A stretch of DNA of 64,000 nucleotides, from NCBI RefSeq assembly GCF_009914755.1, contig NC_060926.1. One strand, given 5' to 3'. Below are positions 15,836 through 29,407 of this stretch, piece after piece; within the stretch, counting starts at the first letter, position 1; each line of letters starts with the position of its first letter. Made by a program: the position numbers and the translations under genes. The notes below the pieces were generated by a model. It was not told the origin of the DNA. It searched no databases and saw only the letters and a list, made by a program, of their open reading frames with translations. This DNA comes from the human T2T-CHM13v2.0 reference genome, Homo sapiens.

Positions 15836-18732
15836 GACAATTTTTTTCTTTATGGGCAATTATTTGGTTGTCATATCTAAGAAGTCTTTGCCCAATCACA
15901 AGTCACAGAGAATTTCTCCTGTGTTGTCTTCTGAAGTTTTATAGGTTTAGCTGCTACATTGAGGACTAAGAGGCATTTTGAGTTGATTTTTATGTATGAT
16001 GTGAGGTAAGGGTCAGGTTCATTTCTGTGCATATAGAAACCTGATTGTCCCAGCACTGTGTATTGAAAAAACTATCCTTTCCCAACTGCCTTGGCACTTT
16101 TGTCAAAAATCAACTGACCATAAAGGTTTATTTCTGAACTCTCAATTTTGTTGCAATGATTTATATGTCTATCCTTATGCCAATAGCACAGTGTCTTGAT
16201 CACAGTAGCATGAGTTTTGAAACACAGGAGTGTAAATCTTCAAACTCTGTTATACTTTTTCAAAATTATCTTGGTTACTTAAGGTCCTTAGTATTTCCAT
16301 ATAACTTTTAGGAAAAGCTTATCAATTTCTACCAAAAAAAAAAACTGCCAGTGTTTCTGTTAGGAATTGCATTAAATCTATAGATGAATTTGTGAAGAAA
16401 TGCCATCTTAACAATGTAAAGTCTTCCAACTCATAAATATAAAATACTTCTCCATTTAATCTTCTCTCAGGAATGTTTTACAGTTTTCAAGTGCAACTGC
16501 AATTCTTTTATTAGATTTATTTCTAAGTATTTTATTCTTTTTGATGCTGCTGTGAATGGAATTGTTTTTATACCTGCATTTCTGGATTCTCAATTTGTAG
16601 TATATAGAAATATAACTGATTTTGTACACTGGTCTTATAAACTGCAACCTTGCCAGCCTCATTTATTAGTCCTCAGTCTTTTTCTGTGGCTATTCCAACA
16701 CTCATCTGGTTTCTGTTTGCATGGCTTACATCTTTTCCACTCTTTTACCTTCAGCCTACTCATGTCTTTAATGTGTTTTACTGGTAGACAACATATAGTT
16801 AGATTTTTTTTAATCCAGTCTGACAACTTCTGACTTTTCACTGGCATTTACTGTAAGTATTTATACGGTCAGATTTAACCTGCCATTTTGCTATTTGTTT
16901 TAGCTATGTCTCAGGCCTTTTTTGTTCCTCCTTTAGTGCCTTCTTTTGTATTAAACAAATATTTGGTAGTGAACTATTTTAATTCCTCTGTTGATTCTTT
17001 CAATGTATACTTTTTATTTATTTAGTGATTGCTCTAGGAATTACTATGTGTCTCATTTCATCACAATCTATTTCAGATTAATACTGACTTAATTCTGATA
17101 AAATTTGGCCAGCTTGCTCCAATTCAGCTTCATTTTCTCTGTCATCCTTTGAGCTATTACTATCATATATATGGCATCTACATATTTTACAATACCAAAT
17201 AATACAGTATTATAATTATTGCTTTAAACACTCTTAGGTCCTTTAAAAATTAAGAAAAGAGACATGTATATAGACTTCCATATTTACCCACCTATTTACC
17301 ATTTCTGGAGCTTCTCATTCCTTCCTATGGACTTCCTTTCGACCTTAAGGACTTCCTTTGGAATTTCTTATAAAGCAAGTCTTTGTTTATCTGGGAATGT
17401 CTTTACTAAACCTTCATTCTTGAAGGATAATTTTGCTGGATCTAGAACTTGTAGTTGCAAATTTTTCCTTCAGCATTTTGAATATGTCACTCTATTTCCT
17501 TCTGGCCTCCACTGTTCTGATAAGAATTTTATCATTGCTCTCTCCATAATGAGTTGTTTTTCTCTCACTGCTTTCAAGATGTTCTCCTCGTCTTTGTCTT
17601 TCAGCAGTAGGACTTAGTGAAGATCTGTTTGTGTTTATCCTACTTGAGGTCTGTTGAGCTTCTTGGATCCACAGATTAATGTTTTACATCAAATTTGGGA
17701 TATCAATGGCCATCACTTCCTCAAAAGCTTTTTCTGTCCCTTTCTCTCTCCCCTCTCTTTTGGAACTCGCGTTAAACGTTGTTGATGCATGGGATATTAT
17801 CCCTTAGGTCTCTGAAGCTCTGTTTATTTTTCTTCAATATTTTTTATACCTTTTTTCTTCAGATTGGCTAATACCTTTGATATACCCTTAAGTTCACTGA
17901 TGCTTTGGCCATTGCAAATCACTGTGTAGCACTTATCATGAATTTTTCATTTCAGTTACTTTTCAGCTCTAGGACCTTCATTTGTTTCTTTTTCAAAGTT
18001 TCCATTTCTTTATTTACATTCCCTATTTGTTAAATCATGATCCTCCTTATCTTAATTCTTTAAATGTATTTATAATAGTTGTTTTGTCTGGTAAACCCAA
18101 CATGTGGGTCCGTTTAGAGGCAGTTTCAATTGACTGCTGTTTTCCTCGTTTCTCTTAATTTTTTAAACTGGACATGTTAGATAATACATGACAGTAACTC
18201 TGGATTTTAATCATCTTTTTCTTGAGCACTGCTGTGCTGTTTTTGTTTCTTAGCCTGAAGTTAATCCACTGAATCTTTCTCACTCATGGTGAGAGCTGAT
18301 GCAGCAGCTGATGTCTCTACTCAGTTTTTTAAAGCCTCAGTGTTGCTTTTTAGCCTCACTCCAGAGGTTGTCCCCGTGTCTGCATATCTGAGTGGTCAGT
18401 CAATGATTAGTCGGAGCTTATGCTCAAACACCCGAAGCCAGTAAGAGAGCTGTTCAAAGTTCCATCCTTTTTCCAGTCAACCCCAGCTCTTACTTTCCCC
18501 CAGGTCCTCTCAGGCCTCCTCTGTGCTGAGATGCAGCCTCCATCAGCCAGGGGTGTGTGGAGATCTTATCAAGTCCCTTGATGGCTCTCTCACTTCCAAG
18601 ATCTCCCTGTTATATGATGGACCACATCCTCAGGCTAGGAGAGCTGGAGGCATTCTCTGTTAGCTACTGCATGGGGTTCTCTGCCTTTCACTCCAAATCA
18701 AGTCAGCTGGTTTTCATGGCCAGCCTTGCCCT

Positions 18733-19438
18733 TGAAACTGCCTTTGCAAAAATTATAGTGGTAAGGGAGATCTGACATAACTGACTCAAGCTTGCTTCTA
18801 TCAGGCTAAACTGCTTTTGCTCATTCTTGTGCAGGGGTTATAATAGTCCTTTCTTGAACTGATCCTGCCCTTGTTCAAAAGTTGAAACCATATTGGTAAA
18901 GACTAACAAAAGGTCACAAGGTTAGACTTATGGTAGGGACTACATCTTTGCTAAAGAATAGGCACACCTAAACCATGACCTGCCATTGCTTAGCTTGCTT
19001 TTCTCTAAATTGCTTACTGTTTCAGAGTCATGTAACCAGGGGTTGCAAGATTTATAACTTTCTCAACTACTCCTACAGAAAACATTACTATTGTGAAACC
19101 TAAAGAACTGGTCTTTGAGATATTTTTCAGAGTAGCACTTTGGCAGATCAGGAGACACCACCTGAGACCTCCTCCCAGGAACTGACTCAGCTATGCAAAA
19201 ACAGTTTTAGACACCCCTATGAGTTCATCCCCAGTCAATCATTACAGTTCTCCAGGCCCCTGCCAACCGGAGCACCCTTAATTTGAATTCTCAGAGAGGC
19301 AGATTTGTGAAATACCTCCTCTGTCCCTCTGCTTGGCTGGCCCTGCAATTATTAAACTCTTTCTTTGCTACAATACCTGCTGTTCTCAGTGCATTGGTTT
19401 TTCTGGGCAGTAGTCAAGAAGAACCCATCAGGCTGACA
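18733..19438 (+). mobile_element. ERV1 solo LTR, LTR8/LTR8A-like
   Basis: tgaaactgcctttgcaaaaattat...attaaactctttctt...gaacccatcaggctgaca; 4-bp TSD ccct at 18729-18732 and 19439-19442. Confidence 0.82.
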
Positions 19439-21544
19439 CCCTGGTAGCATTACTTTGCCAAGGGATGGGGAACAGGGTAACTCCAGGCAAGAATACCATC
19501 AATTCCCACTGTTTTTGATCTAAAAGTCAGCAGTTTTTTATGAATTAACATTTCTCAAATTGTTGCTTGCTTTTGGTCAATTTCCAGAGCCCAAAAGTGT
19601 TTCTGACAAGTTCATCCAGTTGTACAGCCGTTTCAGGGGGAAGAACATTCACTGACCCCTTCACTATTCAATAGCTGGCAGGTGCATCAATTAAAATGGG
19701 TTTTTTTGTAGATCAGCAAGGAAACATTATTTCTGTGGGAGGTAAACTAGGGTTCCAACACAGATCCAGAAAACCAGAAACATCTATGCTTAGTAAAGTA
19801 CTGGTAGTAAGAACAGACAGCCAACCCTCACTAAGAAGAGTAAACTTGAGTTCTTTAAATGAGAAATCGTCTCTATATTTGCTACTTGAATAGAAGAATT
19901 TTTTTAAACCACCTGCTTTATCAGCACAAGACAGCCATGCCATCTTCACACAAGATTCAGAGGTCCCTCCTTTTCTTCCCACTCACTTTAGAACACTTGG
20001 GGTCCTCTGTAGGGCAAATTCACCATTCCTCTAGGATCCCATTTCACTGATTAATAGCCTCACTAGGCTTTTCCTTGAATACAGAGACACCAGATTCTGG
20101 TGTCTGGTAACCAGAACACCCACTTCCTTCCTTCCTAAAGACCTGCACAGAATCTTATGATCCTCAATAAAAACTCTGCTGTTCTACGAAGTGTGGGCTT
20201 GCTTGGTGATCTGCCCTGTCTCTCCTGACCAGGTGTTCTCTTAGTTGGAACAAAGGGATCTGAATGAGTTACAGATAAAATAAAAATCGTGAGGGATTTT
20301 GTTTGTTCTTTTGCAAAGCCCTATTCATAAACAAAGAGGAAAGGAGCTTCGATGTATTCACTATGCCAGACACAAATAATGACACTGATACATGAAGTCA
20401 CTTGATTCTTTCCTGTTCTCACTTTTGTTTACAGATGACAAAAATGAACCAAACCCCCACCCAGCTATGGTTCAGCTGCTTTTTTTTTTTTTTTAACAAA
20501 ATCTAACTTTTGTTCCCACAACTGACTCAGTAAGATAATGAAGTCACTTAATTGTTCTTCACTAAGAAAATTTCAAAGTTAGCTAAAATACACAAATAAA
20601 TTGGTTTTTGGCTATTGGTATTAAGCAAGATTATTTTATCTTTCAAAATACAACGAATAATATTGTAGTTTACATGAAGATTTAAGACCTTCAGCATATC
20701 ACCTGATTAACAGTCCCCAATTCAAGCTCTCCTAGTATCTCAATAAGTACATATAAAAAAACATTCAAAGCTTTTTAATAACATGAAAAACTACCAATGT
20801 AATGGCAGAATCGTGGAGCAACTGAGAAAGATGATCATCCACAAAAACACATCCAGATTTCAGCCTATTCTAGTCACTAATAAAACCAGGACTTTGAAAA
20901 AAAATGTTTGGAAAAGACTTCATATCACCCCTCTCACACCCCAATGCCAAGATCTTGGTTTTTACACCAAGATTAGAACCTATCACTGACTGTTCCTCAG
21001 GGGCCATATTTTAATAAAGGGTGCTACTGTCCAGATCTCCCCACCTGCCTGCACACAAGATCACTCATCATTCTTCTATTCGACTTTGGGAGAAAAAACC
21101 TTTAGGTGGAAAGTAGGAAAAGAAAAAAAGTAATTCAAATAATTCTGAAAAGCACTTAAAAGCAAGGGCAACAAGACTATGTGGGTTACAGTTCTTTACA
21201 TCCCATATTTTGGTTCATAAGACAACTGAACCAGTAAGTGGGAAAAGGATGAAGACACCACCATGGTTGAGCAAAAGATGAGCTGTCATAGCCTCTTAGA
21301 AATGAGGCCCTAGAAGAAAAGGTACACTCTCTAGTCTGCTCTTTGACTGCAGACAGGAGAAAACGGTTAGCATGTGAGCAGAGTCTGTTATCAGTTCTGT
21401 TAGAATATACATGTTAATCATCTAAAATTGTCTGGCAGGGTTCTGAGGACACAATATTGAACAAGACTCACAGTCCCCATCCTGAGTTTGAAGTCCAGTA
21501 CAGGAGGCAAAGGCAAATGTGTACTGGCTCATTCACACGTGGCC

Positions 21545-21700
21545 ACTCCACTGAATATGATGCATGTGTGTTTTCACATTTTAACATCTCTGAAATCAAG
21601 AATCCTCTTCATAACTGATGGCATGTAAACCTTTTTAGTGGTACATAAAATAACGGTACATCTTACCATCAATGACATCTCATATTTAATGAAATACAGT
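21545..21700. mobile_element. MER96-like hAT non-autonomous element
   Basis: ttttcacattttaacatctctgaaatc...gtggtacataaaataacggtacatctta...atgaaatacag. Confidence 0.55.
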
Positions 21701-21860
21701 ATTTCATTTAATCTTCACTACAATCTTACGAAGTAAGTGTTATTACTCCAATTTACAAAAGAGGAGTGTAGAGAGGGTAAGTAACTTGGATAATGTGACA
21801 AAGCTACTGGGCAGGAGAGCAAGGGTGAGAAGGCAGTGTGGCTCTGAAGTCTGGGTCTTA
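21700..21860 (-). mobile_element. MIR
   Basis: tcatttaatcttcac..attactccaatttacaaaagagga..gtaagtaacttg. Confidence 0.65.
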
Positions 21861-21868
21861 GCAACAGG

Positions 21869-22065
21869 TTTCTTTTGTTCTTTGTTTGTTTGTTTGTTTT
21901 GTTTTGTCTGATTTGAGACAGAGTCTCAATCTGTCTTGTCACCCAGGCTGGAGTACAGTGGTGTGATCATGGCTCACTGAAGCCTTGACCTCCTGGGCTC
22001 AAGCGATTCCCCTACCTCAGCCTTCTACATAGCTGGGACTACAGGCACACAGCACCACACACTGA
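21869..22065 (-). mobile_element. Alu monomer/right arm with (TTTG)n tail
   Basis: tttgtttg tail and a single Alu arm. Confidence 0.85.
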
Positions 22066-23601
22066 CCACTTGAAGTGTTAAACCACCTGAATACAAGTAT
22101 AAGTAATACAGTGCAATATGTGAAGTATACAAGATGTACAAAGTAAAGTACGACTCTAGGTAGAAAACTCAACATAGAGTACAAGGCTGATTTATTAAGA
22201 AAAGGGGGAAAAGGCCTCGCCACAGAGGTCACAGGTCAACAAGGCTCTGAAAGACCAGCCAGAATTCATGTTGGGGGCAGGGGGCTCCCTGCAAATACAA
22301 AGGAACCAAGTGTTAAACAGTAGAGCATGTGTGCACTACTACAAACGGTTCATTATGGCCGGGCCTGGCTCAGTCGAGGAGCGAGTGCTGTGAACTGAGA
22401 GTGGAAAGGAAGGCAGGGGCAGTCACAACGGGTGCTGCGAAGCTGCCAAGCTAACAGAGTCTGAAGCAGAAAAGAGGCATGGTCAGACAGATACTGTAAA
22501 AATCATCTGGGCAGCAAAGCACAGCACAGACCAGAGGCCAGAGGGACTGGCTGGCAGAGTAATGTGAGATGCAGGTACCAGATGGTAAACAGCAGAAATG
22601 GGTAGAGCTGAAGACCAACAGTGGATTTGACATGGGTTGGGGGGTAACAAGAGCTAAGGGTCACCACCACCCACTTAGTGCTTACTACATGCCCCGGGCT
22701 GCTCTAAATGCTTTACAAATCTCAAGTCCTCAAAACAACTCAATAGGAAACCAAAGCACAGACAGGTCTTAGTGATGGCTAGATGTGGAGGTGAGAAGGA
22801 AGAAGGGATGATTTATTCCAGTTACCTGGGCACCTTAGAGAGAGAAAGCATAAGCAAGGAAGAGATCTGAGGCCAAGATGAGTGTGGTGTTAGGTATGCT
22901 GGGGTGGGAGCAGAAATGAGCAGGGCGAGACACGGGGCAGGAACATTCTCTGCCCAGGGACACCTGCAGACCATCAACCCCCATCTCCTTCTTCCAATGG
23001 CCATTTCTCTGCCTTCTTTTTCTTCCTTTCTGTTACTTCTTAAACACTTTACCCTATATCATTAAGGATTATCTCCCAAGAATTATCTTCATTTTAAAAC
23101 TTTTCATTATACATTCATATTGTCTGCTAAGTGTGGGGACAGAGATAAAGTGAATGAATTTAATAAGGCAACTAAGATTTAGATTAATCTTTGAAAAGAA
23201 TAGAATGGAAGCCGAAACCCATCAATTAAAACAATTTTCAAGAAAACTGAAGACTTAAGTGAGGTAAGAAATCATAACTGCAGTAGCTCCGTCGAGTTGC
23301 GTTTCTCTCAAACACCGGGCAGCCCAAGTACAATAGAGAGCTGTGTCCAACCGAGGCTGGGAAAGTACCCAGTGGTGCATGGAGTGCCGATGAGGCAAGG
23401 GAGATAAGGGCACAGGCAGGAGGGGTAGAGCTGGTGTTCCAGGAAGGGCAGGGCAGGAAGGCACAGCCAGGAGAACTGGGGAAGGGGAAGGAGGAGGAGC
23501 ATCACCTCTAGCACACTTCCTAGGCCCTCAACTCTCGAGTCTGTCACCTATCAGTGTCAGGCAGACATCCAAATGTGGGTGGTCCTGTGGGAGTGAGACT
23601 G

Positions 23602-24019
23602 TGTGATCAGGCTTTTCTCATGCTGCTACAAAGAAATATCTCTGAGTAATTTACAAAGAAAAGAGGGTTAATTGGCTCACAGTTCTGCAGCCTGTACAGG
23701 GAGCATGGTACTGACATACGCTTGGCTTCTGGGGAGGTCTCGGGAAGCTTATAATCATGGCAGAAGGTGAAGGGGGAGCAGCCACATCACATGGCCAGAG
23801 CAGGAGTAAGAAAGCGGTGGGAGGTGCCACACACCTTTAAATGACCAGATCTCACAAGAATTCACTCACGACTGTGAGAACAGTATCAAAGGGACGGCGC
23901 TAAACCATTCATGAGAACCTGCCCCCGATCCAATCATCTCCCACCAGGCCCCACCTCCAACACTGGGGGTTACATTTCAACATGAGATTTGGGAGGGGAC
24001 ACAGATCCAAACCATATCA
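23602..24019 (-). mobile_element. MSTA-like MaLR solo LTR
   Basis: aattggctcacagttctgc...catgagatttgggaggggacacagatccaaaccatatca (reverse complement of the MSTA start). Confidence 0.88.
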
Positions 24020-24247
24020 GTAAGCAAGCCTGACTCCAGAAGAGAGGTCTCAGCCAGTTCCAGGAGCTGCAGATTTCAGATAGAGCAGCACTAGACAAGA
24101 GAGTTAAAAGTGAGGGTGCAGAAACATGTGACGCTAACGAGGGGCTAAGGTGACCCCTGGCACAGAGGCTGGTAGGACGTCTGCCATCCAGATGACTGGG
24201 GAAGACTACAGAGCCAGCTACCCAAGAGGCATGAATGAATTCTAGAG

Positions 24248-24726
24248 CAGCTGTTCTTAAATTTTTTGGTCTCGGGACCCTTTTTACCCTTAAAAATTAT
24301 TGAGGAAACCAAAGAAACATAACTTACATAAATAATAGCCATTGATATATACCATATTACGAATTAAAACTGAGAATTTTAAAAAATCTGTTAATTCAAG
24401 AATAATTATAATAAAATTTTTATGAAAAATATATTTCCAAAACAAAAAAAAAATTAGTGAGAAGAGTGGTACTGTCCTATATTTTTACAACTCTACTGAA
24501 TGTCTGACTTAATAGTAGACCAACAGATCCTCAAATGTTTCTACTGCAAATCACATATCATATAGACTCTGGAAAGACCCCGTATGCTCTTGAGAGAATG
24601 AAAGTGAAAAAGGCAAATAATGTCTAAGTGTTATTACTATGAAAATAGTTTTGACTATACCACCTCCCTCCTAAAAAGATCTCAGGGACTCTCAGAGATC
24701 TCTGGATCAGATTTTGCAAATGACTG
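24248..24726. mobile_element. hAT-Charlie DNA transposon
   Basis: CAG...CTG termini; 8-bp TSD ttctagag/atccagag fits the Charlie NTCTAGAN target. Confidence 0.7.
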
Positions 24727-25058
24727 ATCCAGAGGATGGTAAATGACAGCAATTTAGAGAGACACCAAGAACAGAACAGCCAGATAAGCCCGCAAACTGA
24801 AAGAGCGGTAAATGGAAAAGGTAGTGGGGAGGTGGGAAATTTTCTACTTATGTCAGCAGACACAAAAATAGATCTCTAAATTGGCTGGTACCTTTTTTGT
24901 ATGCCAGGTGGGGATAAAAGAGTATAATAACATATCAGAATCACTGTTCCAGTCCCCCAAAATCTGGTATAACCCTTTACTTCAAAGAGGTAAAAATTAC
25001 TGCTATAGAAAGTACTATTACTAATTAAAGTATGTTCTGTTACATGCATTGGGGGTAA

Positions 25059-25425
<367 letters not shown>

Positions 25426-25543
25426 GGCCCTAACATTTTATAGGAGGCATCAAACATATGCATGCATGTATCATTATAACAGAATGATTTACATTCCTTT
25501 GGGTATATATCTAGTAATGGGACTGCTGGGTCAAATGGTTATT

Positions 25544-26827
25544 TGAGAGGAGGTTCCAGCTGGGCTTCCTGGGTCAAGTAGGGGCTCAGAACGCTGTGAA
25601 ACTCACTCATTTCCTGCATCAGGACTTGGTCCTGGATGAATAATATTGAACACATATGCTTAAAATATTCCTAACATCTGAATTTGTGCATGTGTTTTCT
25701 TCCCCAAGAAAGCTATAAACAGCGAAAATTTTGTTGTAAGCTTCCCTGTGTCCTCTCTCCCTTCCCCTCCCCTGAAACTAAAAGGAATGTTAAAAGCCCA
25801 TTTTTCTGTGACCAGCAGACCTTATCTATGTCCCAGTTCCAATTCCTTGTAAACACAATTTGTAAAATCTTGTGAGATCCTGTCTCCTTTGCCATGCCGC
25901 TGCAAGGTTATAAAGTAGATAAAACTTAAGTTACAATTCCAGTTTTCCTCAAGATCTGAGACATGTTAATTGTCTTTGTTTCTCACTCTGGTAACATCTT
26001 CCTGCTGCACGTACTTCCCACCTTAAAGAGTTTAAACGGTGATCAAAAAATCTAACACTGTTCTCATTGTTCAATTCCCACCTATGAGTGAGAACATGCG
26101 GTGTTTGGTTTTTTGTCCTTGCGATAGTTTGCTGAGAATGATGGTTTCCAGCTTCATCCATGTTCCTACAAAGGACATGAACTCATCTTTTTTATGGCTG
26201 CATAGTATTCCATGGTGTATATGTGCCACATTTTCTTAATCCAGTCTATCATTGTTGGACATTTGGGTTGGTTCCAAGTCTTTGCTATTGTGAATAGTGC
26301 CACAATAAACATACGTGTGCATGTGTCTTTATAGCAGCATGATTTATAATCCTTTGGGTATATACCCAGTAATGGGACGGCTGGGTCAAATGGAATTTCT
26401 AATTCTAGATCCCTGAGGAATCGCCACACTGACTTCCACAACGGTTTGGACACAGGAAGGGGAACATCACACACCGGGGACTGTTGTGGGGTGGGGGGAG
26501 GGGGGAGGGATGGCATTAGGAGAGATACCTAATGCTAAATGACGAGTTAATGGGTGCAGCACACCAGCATGGCACAGGTATACATATGTAACAAACCTGC
26601 ACGTTGTGCACATGTACCCTAAAACTTAAAGTATAAAAAAAAACAAAATCTAACACTGGCTACCTGCTCGGGACCCCTTCCATGCTGTGGAAGCTTTGTA
26701 CTGTCACTCTGCTCAATAAAGCCTGCAGCTTTTTTTTCTCTCGGTCTGCTCCATGTCTCTCTTTCACCGTGGGCTGCCGCCACACCAAATCTTTGGCGTG
26801 GCTAAGGCAAGAACCTCTGGCATTACA
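25544..26827 (+). mobile_element. ERV1 solo LTR, probably PABL-type (~680 bp net), split by an L1
   Basis: tgagaggaggttccagctgggcttcctgggtc...ctcaataaagcc...ggcaagaacctctggcattaca; TG...CA ends. Family name is from recall. Confidence 0.75.
26061..26644 (+). mobile_element. Young L1PA 3' fragment with 5' inversion (twin priming)
   Basis: Inverted segment 26061-~26445, sense 3'UTR plus poly-A ~26446-26644; TSD aaaatctaacactg at 26047-26060 and 26645-26658. Confidence 0.93.
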
Positions 26828-28394
26828 GGATTGCTGGGTCAAATGGTATTTCTGGTTCTAGATCTTTGAGGAATCGCCACACTGTCTTCCACAATGGTTG
26901 ACTAATTTACATTCCCATTAACAGTGTAAAAGCATTATTATTTCTCCACAGCCTCACCAGCATGTTGTTTCTGACTTTTTAATAATCGCCATTCTGACTG
27001 GTGTGAGATGGTATCTCATTTTGGTTTTGATTTGCATTTCTCTAATGATCAGTGATGTTGAGCTTTTTTTAATATGTTTGTTGGTCACATAAATGTCTTC
27101 TTTTGAGAAGTGTCAGTACAGGAAGCATGGTGCTGACATCTGCTTGGCTTCTGGGGAGGTCTCAAGAACCTCAGGAGGTTCATGTCCTTTGCCCACTTTT
27201 TGATGGCTTTGTTTTTTTCTTGTAAATTTGTTTAAGTTCCTTGTAGATTCCGGATATTACACCTTTGTCAGATGGTTAGATTGCAAAAATTTACTCCCAT
27301 TCTGTAGGTGGACTGTTCACTCTGATGAGTTTCTTTTGCTGTGCAGAAGTTCTTTAGTTTAATTATATCCCATTTGTCAATTTTTGCTTTTGTTGCAATT
27401 GCTTTTGATGTTTTTGTCATGAAATCTTTGCCCATGCCTATGTCCTTAATGGTACTGCCTAGATTTTCTTCTAGGGTTTCTATAGTTTTGGGTTTTACAT
27501 TTAAGTCTTTAATCCATCTTCAGTTAATTTTTGTATAAGGTGTAAGGAAGGGATCCAGATTCAATTTTTTGCACATGGCTAGCCTGTTTTTCAAGCACCA
27601 TTTATTAAATAGGGAATCCTTTCCCCGTTGCTTGCTTTTGTCAGTCTGTTGAAGATCAGATGGTTGTAGATGTGTGGTATTATTTCTGAGATCTCTATTC
27701 TGATCCACTGGTCTATGTGTCTGTTTTTGTACCTGTACCATAAATGTTCAATTTTCGCCATGAGGAATAAATGCCACGCTCAATTGTTCTAATATCCTTT
27801 CACTAAAATGCCTGGCAGTTTTTCAGGTTCTTAGCTATTGCCTCTGTTACCCTTACCTGTCTTTTCCATAACTACTCTAAATAAGGACTATTTAATAAGC
27901 TAGCAACAAGTAGGAGGAAGTCATTTTTTCTCTACACAGTTAATTTATCTAAAAGATTCTAAAGTTATATTTTTAGTCAGTTGATATTAAAATACTATTT
28001 TAAAGTCTATGTTTATTAGTATTTTAATAAATACCAACTGCAAGCAAAGCACTTACAGAAGGTTGAACAATTTTAAATAAAGGGAGAGATTCTAGAAAAT
28101 AAAATCACTATTATACTCAGATATTTATTTAAGGGTTAAAATATTTTTAAAGACTCCCAATACTACATCCTGATGAAGAAGACAGAGAAGAAGCCAGTCA
28201 CAATACAATGCAATACAATGTCTCAATGGTGCCTGCTACTCTTTGAAAAAGTAAACCAAGATTTTTATGCTAGCAGGTAAGCAAGTAAAAATATCTTTGT
28301 TTCTCCAACTTAAATAAAAAATTCTTTACAAGAATCTCACTAAATAAAGCAATCTAACAAACCTCAACAAGACTAATGAATTTCACAGACTTCT

Positions 28395-28580
28395 AGAGCT
28401 GCCAGTTACTGGTTTTGTGACCTTGATTTAATCTTCTGGAACCTCAGTGTCCCCATCTGTACAAGTAGACAGTAACACTTCCTACACGGGATTGTTTCAA
28501 CAGTTAAATGGGATACAGTATTTAGGAGAAAAAAAAAAAAACACTCAGCAAAGTGGCACATAGAAATCACTCCATCATTC
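28395..28580 (+). mobile_element. MIR
   Basis: tgtgaccttg..ttaatcttctggaacctcagtgtccccatctgtacaa core. Confidence 0.7.
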
Positions 28581-29139
28581 AAATTCCAAAGTCAAAGGCC
28601 AAAGGCTCTTTCTATTAAACCATACTCTTTCTAACACAGTGACTACAGAACGTGCACATGTCAAGTCTATACACTCATAACAACACACCACATCACAGGT
28701 AGAGTTCATAATTTAGCAAGTCCCAACTGTCTAAGACAATTTCCTCATTTACTAACCAAAAGTTGAAAAAATACCCCTTTCACTCATGCTTCTTTTCTCA
28801 CAAAACTTCAACATGAACCACAATTTTTATATAAATGGCATGGTATTGTAACAGCTGAATAATTTTTTTTATCATTCTAATGGATGGTTGCATGGGCTCT
28901 TAATTTTTCTTTCAGTGTTCTGGCAAGGATTAGGATCTTGGTGTAAAAGTAAGATTAGTTTCTAGAAGTACCCAAAGGCAAAAGATGCATCCTTGTACTT
29001 TATCATAAAGAGTAATATTCTTATTTTAAGTTACTACAACTACCTAGTTATGTTTCAGTAATATATAATTATTTTCAAGATCAGATATATCATCAAATTG
29101 GATGTTATCCTGAAAATTTTTTGGGTGGAAGAGAGGGCA

Positions 29140-29407
29140 GAAACAGGGTCTTGCTCTGTTGCCCAGGCTGGAGTACAGTGGCACAATCACAGTTCACTGC
29201 TGGCTTGAACTCTTGGGTTCAGCAATCCTCCTGCCCTCCTCAAGTAGCTGTGACTACAGGTATATCACCAAATCTGGCTAAGTTATACAATTTTTATAGA
29301 GGCAGGGTTTCACTATGTTGCACAGGCTAGTTTTGAACTCCTGCCCTCAAGCAGTCCTCCCACCCCAGCCTCCCAAAGCACTTGGGGTTACAGGCATGAG
29401 CCACCAC
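29140..29407 (-). mobile_element. AluJ, tail degenerate
   Basis: acagggtcttgctctgttgcccaggctggag...caggcatgagccacc. Confidence 0.85.

Larger units (their letters stand above)
14526..19670 (-). mobile_element. L1MB-like element (3' end at 14526), internally deleted, split by an Alu and an LTR8-like LTR
   Basis: acagctttattgaggtataattcacacacc 3' end; ORF2/EN-derived peptides on the minus strand (LSDWIKKNLTICCL). Confidence 0.75.
25458..27741 (-). mobile_element. Older L1PA ORF2 fragment (host of nested insertions)
   Basis: Antisense ORF2 (ttcctttgggtatata..agtaatggg; gtgtgagatggtatctcatt; [12 protein letters not shown]). Confidence 0.88.
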
